DNA of 64,000 nucleotides from Anaerohalosphaeraceae bacterium (GTDB lineage Bacteria; Planctomycetota; Phycisphaerae; Sedimentisphaerales; Anaerohalosphaeraceae): the NCBI GenBank assembly GCA_963675525.2, contig CAXXSL010000016.1:192001-256000 (forward strand), given 5' to 3'. Shown in pieces: positions 29,467 through 39,407 of the stretch (positions within the stretch are counted from its first letter, which is position 1; each line of letters begins with the position of its first letter). The position numbers and the translations under genes were made by a program. The notes under the pieces were generated by a model, which was not told the origin of the DNA, searched no databases, and saw nothing but the letters and a program-made list of their open reading frames with translations.

Positions 29467-30846
29467 TTATCCCCATTCATAATCCGGCTCTCCCAGTTCC
29501 TCGCAGACTGCCCTTTGCTCATCCAAATAAGTGTAATCAAAAGCATCCAATGCCTGCTCTTCGGCGATTAACGCCTCAACCCGGTCGATCGCAGCAGCAG
29601 CAAAGATCAACATCACAATACCACTCCGTGCAGGATAGGCGACAACACTCTCAATGAGGCCAACAGCAGCGATTCCGAGTATATAGCCCAGCAAGACCTT
29701 TGAGATATCGGAATATTCTCGACTCGGACTGTTTCTAATGGTCCGCATCGCCTTCTTGGTGTAAATGGCAATAAAAAGAAGCACCAACATAAGTCCGGGT
29801 AATCCTGTATTGTGCCAGATACTAAGATAAGAATTATGGAAACCATGTCCGATTTGATCCTTCGACAAAGCATCAGAACCAATTCCCCGACCAATGAGCA
29901 ATGCATTTCGGGAAACCATATCCAGTCCCCCTCTCCATATCTCCATCCTTCCGGTGGTGCTGGCTTCAAACAGACGCCCCAATAAAAGATCCGCTCGCTC
30001 AGGCAGGATCACAAAGACCAGAAGTGTGCTAATCGACAGAAGGACGCCAATAAGCACTATGATAACGATCGTTCTTCCCGGCTTGCCATGCATCAACAAT
30101 AGCGGCAGCGAGGCAATGACAAGCATACCGAATAGCGCTGATCTAACGGCAGTGAGAAACAACATAAACACAAACGGTACCAGGATGGCAACCGAAGCGA
30201 TCCTCCAGAACTTTTCCCTGTTTTGAATCACACCCCACACCAGCATCGGGGCAAAAAATGCGCCACTGAAAGCTAATGCCACAGGTCCCATCTCGTCTTC
30301 GGTTCCAAATCGCGTCCATTCTGTTGTGGCGTGCATGTATCCCCGGACAAATACGATACTTGTAGCCGTCCAGACAAACGCAGCAAAAATACCCATCTTA
30401 AAAAGAGTTTCCAGTTTTTGGCGGGAATTAATATATCCACTGGTCGCGGAGGAAACGGCAAAGACCACCACAAGCAGCAGAAGGCTCTGCTGGACACAAT
30501 ACATCTGCAAACGTCCTGAAAAAGGGGTATACAAAAAACCGAGTATTGCGTAGACATAAATCAATAACATCGCCGGCCGAGGGGCGATGTACCCTTTGAA
30601 TACGCTAATTCCCAAGAGCACTAACAGGCCCCAGCGGGCCACAGTAGCCATATATAAAATACCGCCATAGGTTACCCCCCCAAGGGCATATGAAAAAAAA
30701 AGTAAAAAAAGGGTAAAACCCGTTCCCCGCACCAAACTGACGATGGCAACAATTAATGCCAATGCAATAAGGGCCAGAAGGCCCACATAACCGAAAGTCT
30801 CTATAAGACTTTGTATACGGCCGAAAAAATCAGACTTAAACTCCAT
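29467..30846 (-). CDS. O-antigen ligase/polymerase (Wzy_C domain) membrane protein
   Basis: Many TM helices; LTAVRSA, TGRMEIW, GRGIG, HNSYL...GLPGL. Confidence 0.85.
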   Translation of the reverse strand: MEFKSDFFGRIQSLIETFGYVGLLALIALALIVAIVSLVRGTGFTLFLLFFSYALGGVTYGGILYMATVARWGLLVLLGISVFKGYIAPRPAMLLIYVYAILGFLYTPFSGRLQMYCVQQSLLLLVVVFAVSSATSGYINSRQKLETLFKMGIFAAFVWTATSIVFVRGYMHATTEWTRFGTEDEMGPVALAFSGAFFAPMLVWGVIQNREKFWRIASVAILVPFVFMLFLTAVRSALFGMLVIASLPLLLMHGKPGRTIVIIVLIGVLLSISTLLVFVILPERADLLLGRLFEASTTGRMEIWRGGLDMVSRNALLIGRGIGSDALSKDQIGHGFHNSYLSIWHNTGLPGLMLVLLFIAIYTKKAMRTIRNSPSREYSDISKVLLGYILGIAAVGLIESVVAYPARSGIVMLIFAAAAIDRVEALIAEEQALDAFDYTYLDEQRAVCEELGEPDYEWG

Positions 30847-30995
30847 ATCAAGGCCACCTGAATAAACCGAATCCTTTTTTTATTCACTCACAACGAGTAC
30901 ACTGCTGAAAAACACCTGTCCTGCCGCATAACCGATCTCTGAAAACAAACACAGAATCCACTTTGAACAATACACCCCGCACTGAAAATTGCACA

Positions 30996-32354
30996 TTAAT
31001 CTTCCAAAGAATCTTCGATTGCTCCAGCATCAATCTTGTCAACCGAACTGGAGATCAGATACAGCTTACGACGGAATAGAAATCTGTCCAGGAAAAAACA
31101 CAGCCATGTCAACCCGACCACACCGCAGCCGATGCAATATGCGTAAGCAGCCCCCCGGATATGCCACCGGGGGATAAGCGAAAAAGCAGCGCCGGCATGC
31201 GCCGCAAACGAAATAATCGAAATCGTCAGCATGGTTTTTGAGGATGCGAATTTCATCACAAAGGGTCTCGTCAGATGGGCCAAAACCATCATCGAAACCC
31301 CTACGCCCATTATCGGGATCAGTTCCTGCGCTGCCAACGACACGGATGGATACATAAGCTTCACCAGATATTTCGCAAGAACGGTCATCAGGGCATATAA
31401 CAGTAAAGCAGCAACCCCTACCGCAGAAGCATACAGCCCGCAAAACCTCTTTGAAAAGATATTGGAAGAGGAATGAGCCGACAGGATGGAAAAGCCGAAC
31501 ATGCCGATAATATCTATGGGTACAACAAAAATCTCAAGAGCCGCCGCGGCGGCAAAAAAGATGCTTACGCTCTGATAATCTGACCAAATCCCCAGTATCG
31601 ACCGGTGGATATATCGGCTTGACAAAAAGAATATGCCGCTGCTTGTAAGGATAAGCCATGTGGTCATGACCCGTTTGGCCATCTTACGGTCAAATAATTC
31701 TTTCGTTTTATGAAACGGATGATAGTACACGATCAACAACAACACATACGCCGCTGTATGACCTATGGCGAAACCAATCGGCAATCCCCATGCGCCGATT
31801 AACAAAATAATCGGAATCGCAACAAACGCCGCGACACCCTGGATGCTTTGCCAGATCGCTCGAACAGCATATTTTCGTTCAAAGCTGAACTTCGCAATCT
31901 GAATACCCGCCATATTTTGAGCCGCAAACGCAACCACCACCAGCGCTATCCAAATCAGTAATTGCCGGTCTGCATTAAACCCCACCGCCAGAATCAGAGC
32001 AGCGCCCGTCAACAGCAGCAATCCGCTAACGATAAAAGCGGCCAGGATCAGAATCGTTGACAGAAACAGATCACGCCTGCGTTCTGATATACTGGCCACA
32101 TTACGAAGAAACGTGTCAACAAGCCCCTTCGTAGGCGCCAATCCTACCATACCGACAAGCCCGTAGGCGTAGATAAACTTGCCAAACTTGTCTTCTCCCA
32201 ACAGGTGCATACATAAGGGAAAAAACAGCAGTTGGGGCAATCCCATCCGAATAAAAAAACCGATCAGATACCAGAAGAAATGGCCGGACATCCGCTTACC
32301 CAAGTCCAGCAGATTTTTATTCGGAGGGTTCATTGGAACTCGTTTTAAGAACAA
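30996..32354 (-). CDS. Wzx-like oligosaccharide flippase
   Basis: About 12 TM; LLGEDKFGKF, LIPRWHIRGAAYA; position in the locus. Confidence 0.82.
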   Translation of the reverse strand: MFLKRVPMNPPNKNLLDLGKRMSGHFFWYLIGFFIRMGLPQLLFFPLCMHLLGEDKFGKFIYAYGLVGMVGLAPTKGLVDTFLRNVASISERRRDLFLSTILILAAFIVSGLLLLTGAALILAVGFNADRQLLIWIALVVVAFAAQNMAGIQIAKFSFERKYAVRAIWQSIQGVAAFVAIPIILLIGAWGLPIGFAIGHTAAYVLLLIVYYHPFHKTKELFDRKMAKRVMTTWLILTSSGIFFLSSRYIHRSILGIWSDYQSVSIFFAAAAALEIFVVPIDIIGMFGFSILSAHSSSNIFSKRFCGLYASAVGVAALLLYALMTVLAKYLVKLMYPSVSLAAQELIPIMGVGVSMMVLAHLTRPFVMKFASSKTMLTISIISFAAHAGAAFSLIPRWHIRGAAYAYCIGCGVVGLTWLCFFLDRFLFRRKLYLISSSVDKIDAGAIEDSLED

Positions 32355-32469
32355 CAGTTCACCTTACTATGAATTAATATTAGGACTAGAATCATGACTC
32401 CTGAACGAATCGAAATTGATGTTCTATGGCCTCAATGCCCAAGATAACGGTTTAGCGGTATATCTAAAA

Positions 32470-32919
32470 TTAAAGTTTCTTGTCGCCCTTTTGTTCCTCA
32501 TAAAAGCGGTTGAGGGCTTTTCTGAGAATAGAGGAACTGCGTCCCGTTGTATAAGGCAGATACACGACCCTGCGATTGTTCTTTTCCATATATTCGTGCC
32601 CGCGAACCTTTGTTTCCCACCAGTCATCCCCCACAGCAAGAATGTCGGCATCGATTTTTTCCAACAGATGGTCACGATCGATCTTGTCTTCGGGAACGAT
32701 CAAGTCAACATACCTGCAGGACTCCAGCACCGCAACCCGATCCGCATAACTCATCAGCGGATGGTGGCCCTTGTCCTTGTAGACCAACTCGTCGGTCTTG
32801 ATTCCTACGATCAGAATATCTCCAAGAGCCTTTGCGCTCTTTATCAAGTTCAAGTGCCCTACATGAAACATGTCCCATGTGCCGGGAGTAAATACGATCA
32901 CTTTTCCGTCTCTTGACAT
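32470..32919 (-). CDS. Glycerol-3-phosphate cytidylyltransferase-like (TagD family)
   Basis: GTWDMFHVGHLN, CRYVD, VGDDW, YLPYTTGRSSS. Confidence 0.88.
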   Translation of the reverse strand: MSRDGKVIVFTPGTWDMFHVGHLNLIKSAKALGDILIVGIKTDELVYKDKGHHPLMSYADRVAVLESCRYVDLIVPEDKIDRDHLLEKIDADILAVGDDWWETKVRGHEYMEKNNRRVVYLPYTTGRSSSILRKALNRFYEEQKGDKKL

Positions 32920-33042
32920 AATACCACCTCTTCATAAATTATTAATCTGGCGATTGCACCAATTGGTTTGACGAAACATGACTTAAAACGGATAACCTGC
33001 GTACATCTGCAACAACCGTTTTATAGCATGATGCCGTTCAAC

Positions 33043-33900
33043 TTAGCTGTGTTTATTGTTTTCTTCTTGTTCAAAAAGACAGTTATACGGTCCAAAATCA
33101 ATTACCCCTAGATCGTGACCAATGGCTCGTTTTTCCAATGGCGGTAATTCCATATAGTTGCCATAGACTTGCCGGAGAATGGCTTCATAGCTTGAAGGAA
33201 CATTGAATTTACACCCTTCAAACTCAACTTTTTGTCCTTTTGAATATATGTCATTCTTTACAACCTGTTTTTTCCATCCGTAACCGCTCGCAAAACAGGT
33301 GGTGTAATTGCACTCTTTTTTATTTGACATCCCGCAAAGATAATCATACGAAACATTTATTACTCTCCTTGGAAACAGTAGCGCAAAAAACCGCAGCGTT
33401 CTTTTCAGCAAATCCTTTTGTTTAGACGCATGGTCCCTTTTGCCGGCTCGTAAGTTACTTAATCCAGCGACAATCCTAATGAGAACACCTCGATACTTTA
33501 AATAAAACCCGTCTTTCTTGGGCACATGGTCCAATGGGAAAATGTCAATATAAATGCCATGATGCATTTGAATCTCAGAAAGATTTCGTTCAACTTGCTT
33601 TGTGCCGTTTAACCTGACCTTTGTAATAAATCTTGAATACTCTTTATCGGTATGATTGTTTTGCACATAGTATTTATCACTGTATTTTCCGGAAAAGGCC
33701 TTAATAAAGGCTTCGTAATCATCCCTGTACATGGCGATATCCACATCATCGTCCCATGGGATAAAACCCTGATGTCTGATTGCGCCAAGCAGGGTGCCCC
33801 CGAAAAGATAGTATGTCAAATTTCTTTCGTCGCAGAATATTGCTACATCTTTAAGTATTTCCAGTTGCACGAGTTGTAGTTTTCTTAGCTTATCCGTCAT
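33043..33900 (-). CDS. LicD family phosphotransferase
   Basis: Likely start MTDKLRK 33900; GGTLLGAIRHQGFIPWDDDVDI, IDIFPLD, YGNYMELPP. Confidence 0.93.
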   Translation of the reverse strand: MTDKLRKLQLVQLEILKDVAIFCDERNLTYYLFGGTLLGAIRHQGFIPWDDDVDIAMYRDDYEAFIKAFSGKYSDKYYVQNNHTDKEYSRFITKVRLNGTKQVERNLSEIQMHHGIYIDIFPLDHVPKKDGFYLKYRGVLIRIVAGLSNLRAGKRDHASKQKDLLKRTLRFFALLFPRRVINVSYDYLCGMSNKKECNYTTCFASGYGWKKQVVKNDIYSKGQKVEFEGCKFNVPSSYEAILRQVYGNYMELPPLEKRAIGHDLGVIDFGPYNCLFEQEENNKHS

Positions 33901-33959
33901 TATTTTACCACACTTTGATTTGAGCAACCCTTTGTTTGCTTTTATAACTACTTGCTGTC

Positions 33960-35084
33960 TTAGGCAGGGGGTTTCCCGGGGACAAAACCGGAAGGCAGCT
34001 TCAATGAATATTTCTTCAGCTTCAACGCAGGCAATTCCACAAACTTTCTTGACATGCCAGCGGCGATTACCGAAAAACACAGCACGATGAAAAATAATCC
34101 CCAGTGTCCTTCATACCCCAACTCTAAAATAACGTTGACTATCAACATATGATAAATATAGATACCGTAAGAAATATCTACCCCTCGCAAGAGAGTTTGG
34201 CTTAATTGCCTGAATGAATATGCGAATGAAAAGATCCAAGCTACCAAACTCACATGAGTCACCATAAGAGTAACATATTTCAAAATAAAGGTGTCGGGAT
34301 TAAGTGTGTCAGATATGACTTTTAGAGCAATGTGTATCGCCGTCCAAAGCAAAAATTTACCTTTACACAGATTTAACACCCAGTTGAAATTTCGTGAAAC
34401 AAGTATGCCCAAAACAAAATCAAAGAGATACGGCAAAACGGTCACATACAGGATCTTCCCTCCTGAAGGCAGAACCGTCCGATCGCCCATTTTGACATAG
34501 ACATAGAGTATCGCTGAGAACAAAACACTCGTGACCAGCAATAAATTCTGTCTAAACTTTCCTCCGGTCCCGGATAAAATCAAAAAAACGATCGGATATA
34601 TTAAATAAAACTGAAGTTGTATCGATATAATACCTAAACTTCCATTCACCACGCCCGTTCCAAAATCCCTGAATATTCCAGGATCGTAAAACTGTCCTGC
34701 CGTCAACTGTGCTGTTACCCACACATAAAATCGGGAACTACTTAAAACAGCCGGTGTTAAGTATCCAAAACAAAAAAGGATCACAAGCGAAACGCCAAAA
34801 CCTGTAACAAGAGCCGGATATATTCTTAGAACTCGATTAAGTAGATAAGTCTTCATCTGGGGTTTTCGGTCGAACGATTGGCTTATAAGAAAGCCGCCTA
34901 ACACAAAAAAAATGGGAACTGATGGGAACATTTTAATCGTTTTAATCAGGTAATTGGTATCACCAACAGTCAAATGCAAGTGCATAATTGTGTGAAATAA
35001 AACAACTTTGATCGCCGCAAAGAGCCTTATTAAGTCAAAATTATTAATTCTCACATCATCCAATCGAGTCTGTTCTGGCAACAT
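33960..35084 (-). CDS. Acyltransferase family 3 (OafA-like O-acyltransferase)
   Basis: NNFDLIRLFAA, FFVLGGFLI, RVLRIYP, NGSL, DISYGIYIYH. Confidence 0.9.
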   Translation of the reverse strand: MLPEQTRLDDVRINNFDLIRLFAAIKVVLFHTIMHLHLTVGDTNYLIKTIKMFPSVPIFFVLGGFLISQSFDRKPQMKTYLLNRVLRIYPALVTGFGVSLVILFCFGYLTPAVLSSSRFYVWVTAQLTAGQFYDPGIFRDFGTGVVNGSLGIISIQLQFYLIYPIVFLILSGTGGKFRQNLLLVTSVLFSAILYVYVKMGDRTVLPSGGKILYVTVLPYLFDFVLGILVSRNFNWVLNLCKGKFLLWTAIHIALKVISDTLNPDTFILKYVTLMVTHVSLVAWIFSFAYSFRQLSQTLLRGVDISYGIYIYHMLIVNVILELGYEGHWGLFFIVLCFSVIAAGMSRKFVELPALKLKKYSLKLPSGFVPGKPPA

Positions 35085-35144
35085 ATTTTTCCTCTTCAGT
35101 CCTATTTGCTCCTTTGCCTCGTTAAAATCCTGCCGTTGGTGTCT

Positions 35145-36746
35145 TTATTGACTGCTTACGGTAGCAGCGCCCCTACAATACTCAACAAAGTGCTTGCCCC
35201 ATGCCGGCACATCGGGATTAAACGGATCAAGAAAGAAAATCACTATGGGAATACGGTCGTAAGGGGGCACTGACCCATTCAGTTTCGCTCCCATTTGATA
35301 TGAAATAGCTGTGTCAAAATCCCAGTTGTCCATCCACTTATTCTGCTTATAGCCGCACGCAAGCGCAACCCAGGGTGTCATCTCTTGAATTTTTGGCGTG
35401 AATGAGTCCGCATACTTCGCGTTTTCGTGAAATATTCTTGTTGTATGTTCAGCATCCGGTAATCGATAACAAGAAAAAGAGACCGTCGTCATGATTTCCT
35501 TGCCCGTAAAGTAAGGCGTCTGGTCCCATTTAGACCCTGCCCTGCTGCCCCAACGCTTGTAACCTCGACCGTACCACTCGATCCGGGCTTCAGGAAACAG
35601 TTTGACCGCTTCTATATGAATCGCATCGAGGGCCCTGCGCATCTCTTCATTCCAAAAAGGATCGTTATCACGCCGCAAAAAACGTTCAGCATCTAATAGG
35701 ATTGCTCCCACCTTAACATCGGTTCCATATTTTGTATTGCTTTGCTCTATCCACCCTTTAACGGTTGTCATTTTAATAACGAAGGTATCAATTTCTGCCT
35801 GGTATGCAGGATCATTAAAAATAGTGTGTTTGTATTTATGCGGGATTGGGGCATCAAGATCAAGTCTGAACTTCCGATGCCAGGGACTATAATTAATTCC
35901 TATACGGGATGGGATTTCAGGATCCGTTTTATTGATCCTTGCACACGTATAAACCATGTTATCATATATTGTCTTCCCACTTCCGGTTTGAATCGCATGA
36001 TCAGCCGTGGTGTACCAGGCGTCAGAACAAAGCGAATGGGTAATTCTTGCCAGTTCATACATGTATTTATTTTCACGATTTTTCAGGAAATTTGGCCGGA
36101 GAAACCATGAATAGTGCACTTTAGGCAAAGGTGACAATGTTCTTAATTCCTCCAGTATGTTACTCTGCCTCGGTATCCCGGCAACCACTCTAGTGGGAGC
36201 GGTTGTTTCACTACTGGACGCCGGGGCGGAAGAATCACCGCTATTGCTGCGACCAGAACTGGAACCGGACGATGATCCAGTTGCGACCGTGCTGGTCGTG
36301 GTCGAACTGGTGGAACCGGAACTGCTTAAGGGGGCAGCCAATTGGCGGGGCGAGGGTGTCGCCGAAGCCGTTGACGAAGCGGGAGCGGACTGCGCGTCAC
36401 TGGTTCCGGTATAATCCTCTGCCGACAGCAGTTGGGTTGTTTCGTTAAACGAATCGGATTCCGACGTCAGAGGATCCTTTTGGGCAGCGTTGATCTTCAA
36501 CACTTCTGCCAACAGCGCATCCCCAGAGGATGTGTAAGCAGATACCTCTTCAATATTCACGGATTGGTCAAGCGTTTCCATCGGCAGGCTAAACGATTCG
36601 GCGGGCCGTGTACTGGCGGGCATCGGCGCAGCGTTGACGACGGGTTTGATCTCCGGGCCGCTTTTCAACAAAACAAACCAGATAAACGCCGGAAAGGCAA
36701 GAGCCCAAAACACCACTACGATCTTAAATGTCCGACAATTTTTCAT
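35145..36746 (-). CDS. Membrane-anchored protein with Ser/Thr-rich linker and uncharacterised aromatic-rich C-terminal domain
   Basis: N-terminal TM; SSSGSTSSTTTSTVATGSSSGSSSG linker; about 340-aa globular domain. Confidence 0.7.
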   Translation of the reverse strand: MKNCRTFKIVVVFWALAFPAFIWFVLLKSGPEIKPVVNAAPMPASTRPAESFSLPMETLDQSVNIEEVSAYTSSGDALLAEVLKINAAQKDPLTSESDSFNETTQLLSAEDYTGTSDAQSAPASSTASATPSPRQLAAPLSSSGSTSSTTTSTVATGSSSGSSSGRSNSGDSSAPASSSETTAPTRVVAGIPRQSNILEELRTLSPLPKVHYSWFLRPNFLKNRENKYMYELARITHSLCSDAWYTTADHAIQTGSGKTIYDNMVYTCARINKTDPEIPSRIGINYSPWHRKFRLDLDAPIPHKYKHTIFNDPAYQAEIDTFVIKMTTVKGWIEQSNTKYGTDVKVGAILLDAERFLRRDNDPFWNEEMRRALDAIHIEAVKLFPEARIEWYGRGYKRWGSRAGSKWDQTPYFTGKEIMTTVSFSCYRLPDAEHTTRIFHENAKYADSFTPKIQEMTPWVALACGYKQNKWMDNWDFDTAISYQMGAKLNGSVPPYDRIPIVIFFLDPFNPDVPAWGKHFVEYCRGAATVSSQ

Positions 36747-36919
36747 AGTTTAACCTCGTTTAACCACAAACAGAATATTTGTCAGTTCACCGAGTAAAAT
36801 ATACAAATGAAATGACGGTTTGGGTCTCGAGAAAACACTTTAAACACTACAGGAATAAGGACTTAACAAGCCTTTTATAGCCACAAATGAACAGCAATTG
36901 GGCATCCGGAAACTCTCTA

Positions 36920-37840
36920 TCATTCAATCACGGGTTGAAAATAACGAATCGTATCCAGTAGCCCGGCGTCGAAATGATCATCCAATGTCAGCCCTGCATC
37001 ATTCAGCTTGTCAACAGCAGCCTTGGAGTGTTTGACGTCGCCGGAACGGACTGAAGCATATTCGATCTTGGACTTTGAGCCGGTTAATTCAATGATCTTT
37101 TTCGCCAGGTCGTTTACCGTCATACTTTTGCCGTATGCCACATTATACTCGCCGGACAGCCTCTCTGTTTGCGCCAAATAGACATTGGCCGCGACCACAT
37201 CCTTGACATATACAAAATCCCGCGTCTGCTCACCGTCGCCAAAGATCGTTAGCGGCTCATTCTTTAACGCCTTATCGATAAAAATCGGCACAGCCGCGGC
37301 ATATTGACTCGTGGGGTCCTGTCGCGGTCCGAACACATTAAAATACCGCATACACGCCGTCTTCAGCCAGCCTTCATCGTTAAACATCTTACAATAGTAC
37401 TCGCCATCGAGCTTCGTCACCGCATACGGGCTTTTCGGTTCCGGCAGCATATCCTCAACCTTGGGCACGGTCGGGTTATCGCCATAGATAGCCGCCGAAG
37501 AACTGAAGCACAGTTTTTTAACACCCACCTTGGCCGCCTCTTCCAGAATAATCAAGGTTCCCTGCGTGTTGATCTCCACGCATTCTGTAGGATTCATCAT
37601 CGATTCCGGCACACTGATCATCGCCGCCAGGTGAAATATATAATCAACCCCTTTGACGGCATCTTTGACGACGGCCCGGTCAGTCACGGAACCTTCAATA
37701 AATGTACACTGAAGCCCATCCAGATTTCTCTTGAAACCCGAACGCAGGTTATCCATTACACGGACATCGGCGGTGCCCTGAAAATGTTCAACAAGATGGC
37801 TGCCGATAAATCCGGCACCGCCGGTAATTAATACTTTCAT
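36920..37840 (-). CDS. NAD-dependent nucleotide-sugar epimerase (WbpP/GalE-like SDR)
   Basis: TGGAGFIG, SSAAIYG, SPYAVTK, RYFNVFGPRQDP. Confidence 0.9.
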   Translation of the reverse strand: MKVLITGGAGFIGSHLVEHFQGTADVRVMDNLRSGFKRNLDGLQCTFIEGSVTDRAVVKDAVKGVDYIFHLAAMISVPESMMNPTECVEINTQGTLIILEEAAKVGVKKLCFSSSAAIYGDNPTVPKVEDMLPEPKSPYAVTKLDGEYYCKMFNDEGWLKTACMRYFNVFGPRQDPTSQYAAAVPIFIDKALKNEPLTIFGDGEQTRDFVYVKDVVAANVYLAQTERLSGEYNVAYGKSMTVNDLAKKIIELTGSKSKIEYASVRSGDVKHSKAAVDKLNDAGLTLDDHFDAGLLDTIRYFQPVIE

Positions 37841-37862
37841 CAAATACCTTTAGAATTCACTG

Positions 37863-39275
37863 TCATTCGAAACACCAATTTCTGTCATACGGATTTCCGC
37901 AGACCAGCCACTGGCCGGCCATTTCTGCAACATCCTCCATGCCGACAAAGCAGTCGCCCGTCAGGTCAGCCGTCAGTTGTGAATCACACCGAAAGATCGA
38001 AAAAACTGCATTGCTAAGGTCGCTGACCGCTGCATCGGATATGTCACTGACGCGAATCCGACAGGCATCGATCGAATTAACATCTGCAATTGGCATCCAT
38101 AAGTACTCAAAATCAACAAAGGGAATATCTTCCGCAATGAGATTCGGATCACTGCTTTCATTCAGGAATTCAATATTAACATAATCCGGAGGCGTCCCTT
38201 CAACAAGTTCCCACGTAATCAGGATTTGGGTGCCGGCCAGGAACATCTCGCCGCCATTGGGCGTAAGAACCGCGATCTGGGTCGGAGTGGGGATCTCGGC
38301 ACCGACGATGTTCGTACCGTTTCGCTGCCAAACAACTCGGCGTCCGGAAATAGCCGGATTCTGATCATCTTCATTGCCGGTTGATATCATATAATCAACA
38401 CCGGAAACCAGATCGTAACCTGCAATATCACAATCGCCGACAGAATCCTCCTGCCAGACAACGATGCTGCCGGAGATGTCCAAATTAGCCTGCACCAGCG
38501 GTATTGTACGCCTCCAGATTTCTTCAGAGATGCTGATATCATAAGCCACTAAATCCACTGTAGTAGTTCCGATTTCCTCCCAGACGATCACGCTGCCGTC
38601 AATCGCCGGGCGGTACTGGTCTACATTGCAGGGATTAACCGCTTCCGGAGAAAAGGGCATAACACTTAGATCACACATGTAGATATCATTGCCGGCATAG
38701 CCATCGTCCCGTCCGTCCCGCCAGACGACGATATTGCCGGAAATGGCAGATTCATACTCGTTCGTCGTCTCCGTGCAAATCTGAAGATGGGTATCAGTGG
38801 TGTTATTATAACCGTAAATATCATAGCTGGTCGTAACTTCTGGATCGTCTGCACTGCGACGGTCGTGCCACACCATCACATCCCCCGAAACAGCGGGCGC
38901 TTTTTGCCGATTGGCAATCGTCAGGCCCATCGGATAGGACGGATCACCAACCATTGTCACATCCTGCCAGTAGATTTCGGTATTACTCGTACCAAACCGC
39001 TGGTCCTCCCAGACAACAGTGGCGCCGCTGACCGCAGGCAGGATCTGCTCGCCCGCGAGCAAGACTGTATTCGGATCGTTCGGATCGGCGAAGGTCTTCC
39101 AGTAAATATCCGTTCCCGTAGAAATCGAACCACCCTGCCAGGCAACCAGACCGTCGTCGATATCCGGATTGGCCAGACCGGAACCGGACGCAATCGCGAT
39201 TTCAGGATAATCGGCTTTCAACATACCATTTACCATAAACACACACATCACCACTAAATACAATTTCCCTTTCAT
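37863..39275 (-). CDS. Secreted beta-propeller repeat protein with PNGGE Ig-like domain and Cys-bracketed dockerin-like tail
   Basis: Seven PAxSG..VVWxD.R....DIY-type repeats; VLTPNGGE; ADLTGDCFVGMEDVAEMAGQWLVCG. Confidence 0.8.
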   Translation of the reverse strand: MKGKLYLVVMCVFMVNGMLKADYPEIAIASGSGLANPDIDDGLVAWQGGSISTGTDIYWKTFADPNDPNTVLLAGEQILPAVSGATVVWEDQRFGTSNTEIYWQDVTMVGDPSYPMGLTIANRQKAPAVSGDVMVWHDRRSADDPEVTTSYDIYGYNNTTDTHLQICTETTNEYESAISGNIVVWRDGRDDGYAGNDIYMCDLSVMPFSPEAVNPCNVDQYRPAIDGSVIVWEEIGTTTVDLVAYDISISEEIWRRTIPLVQANLDISGSIVVWQEDSVGDCDIAGYDLVSGVDYMISTGNEDDQNPAISGRRVVWQRNGTNIVGAEIPTPTQIAVLTPNGGEMFLAGTQILITWELVEGTPPDYVNIEFLNESSDPNLIAEDIPFVDFEYLWMPIADVNSIDACRIRVSDISDAAVSDLSNAVFSIFRCDSQLTADLTGDCFVGMEDVAEMAGQWLVCGNPYDRNWCFE

Positions 39276-39407
39276 AATACCTCCCTTTCAATAGAAACAA
39301 TTAGTCTTCGGATTCCAACCGCTTGGAATCACCGCTTTCTATCTGTAGCCCTTTTATGACAAGACAGCTTTCTTTGAAAACAAATCAAAGAGCCTTCACC
39401 GAAAATG

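Noticed and set aside
32977..33042. Integron attC site
   Set aside because: No properly placed RYYYAAC/GTTRRRY boxes, no second copy and no integrase.
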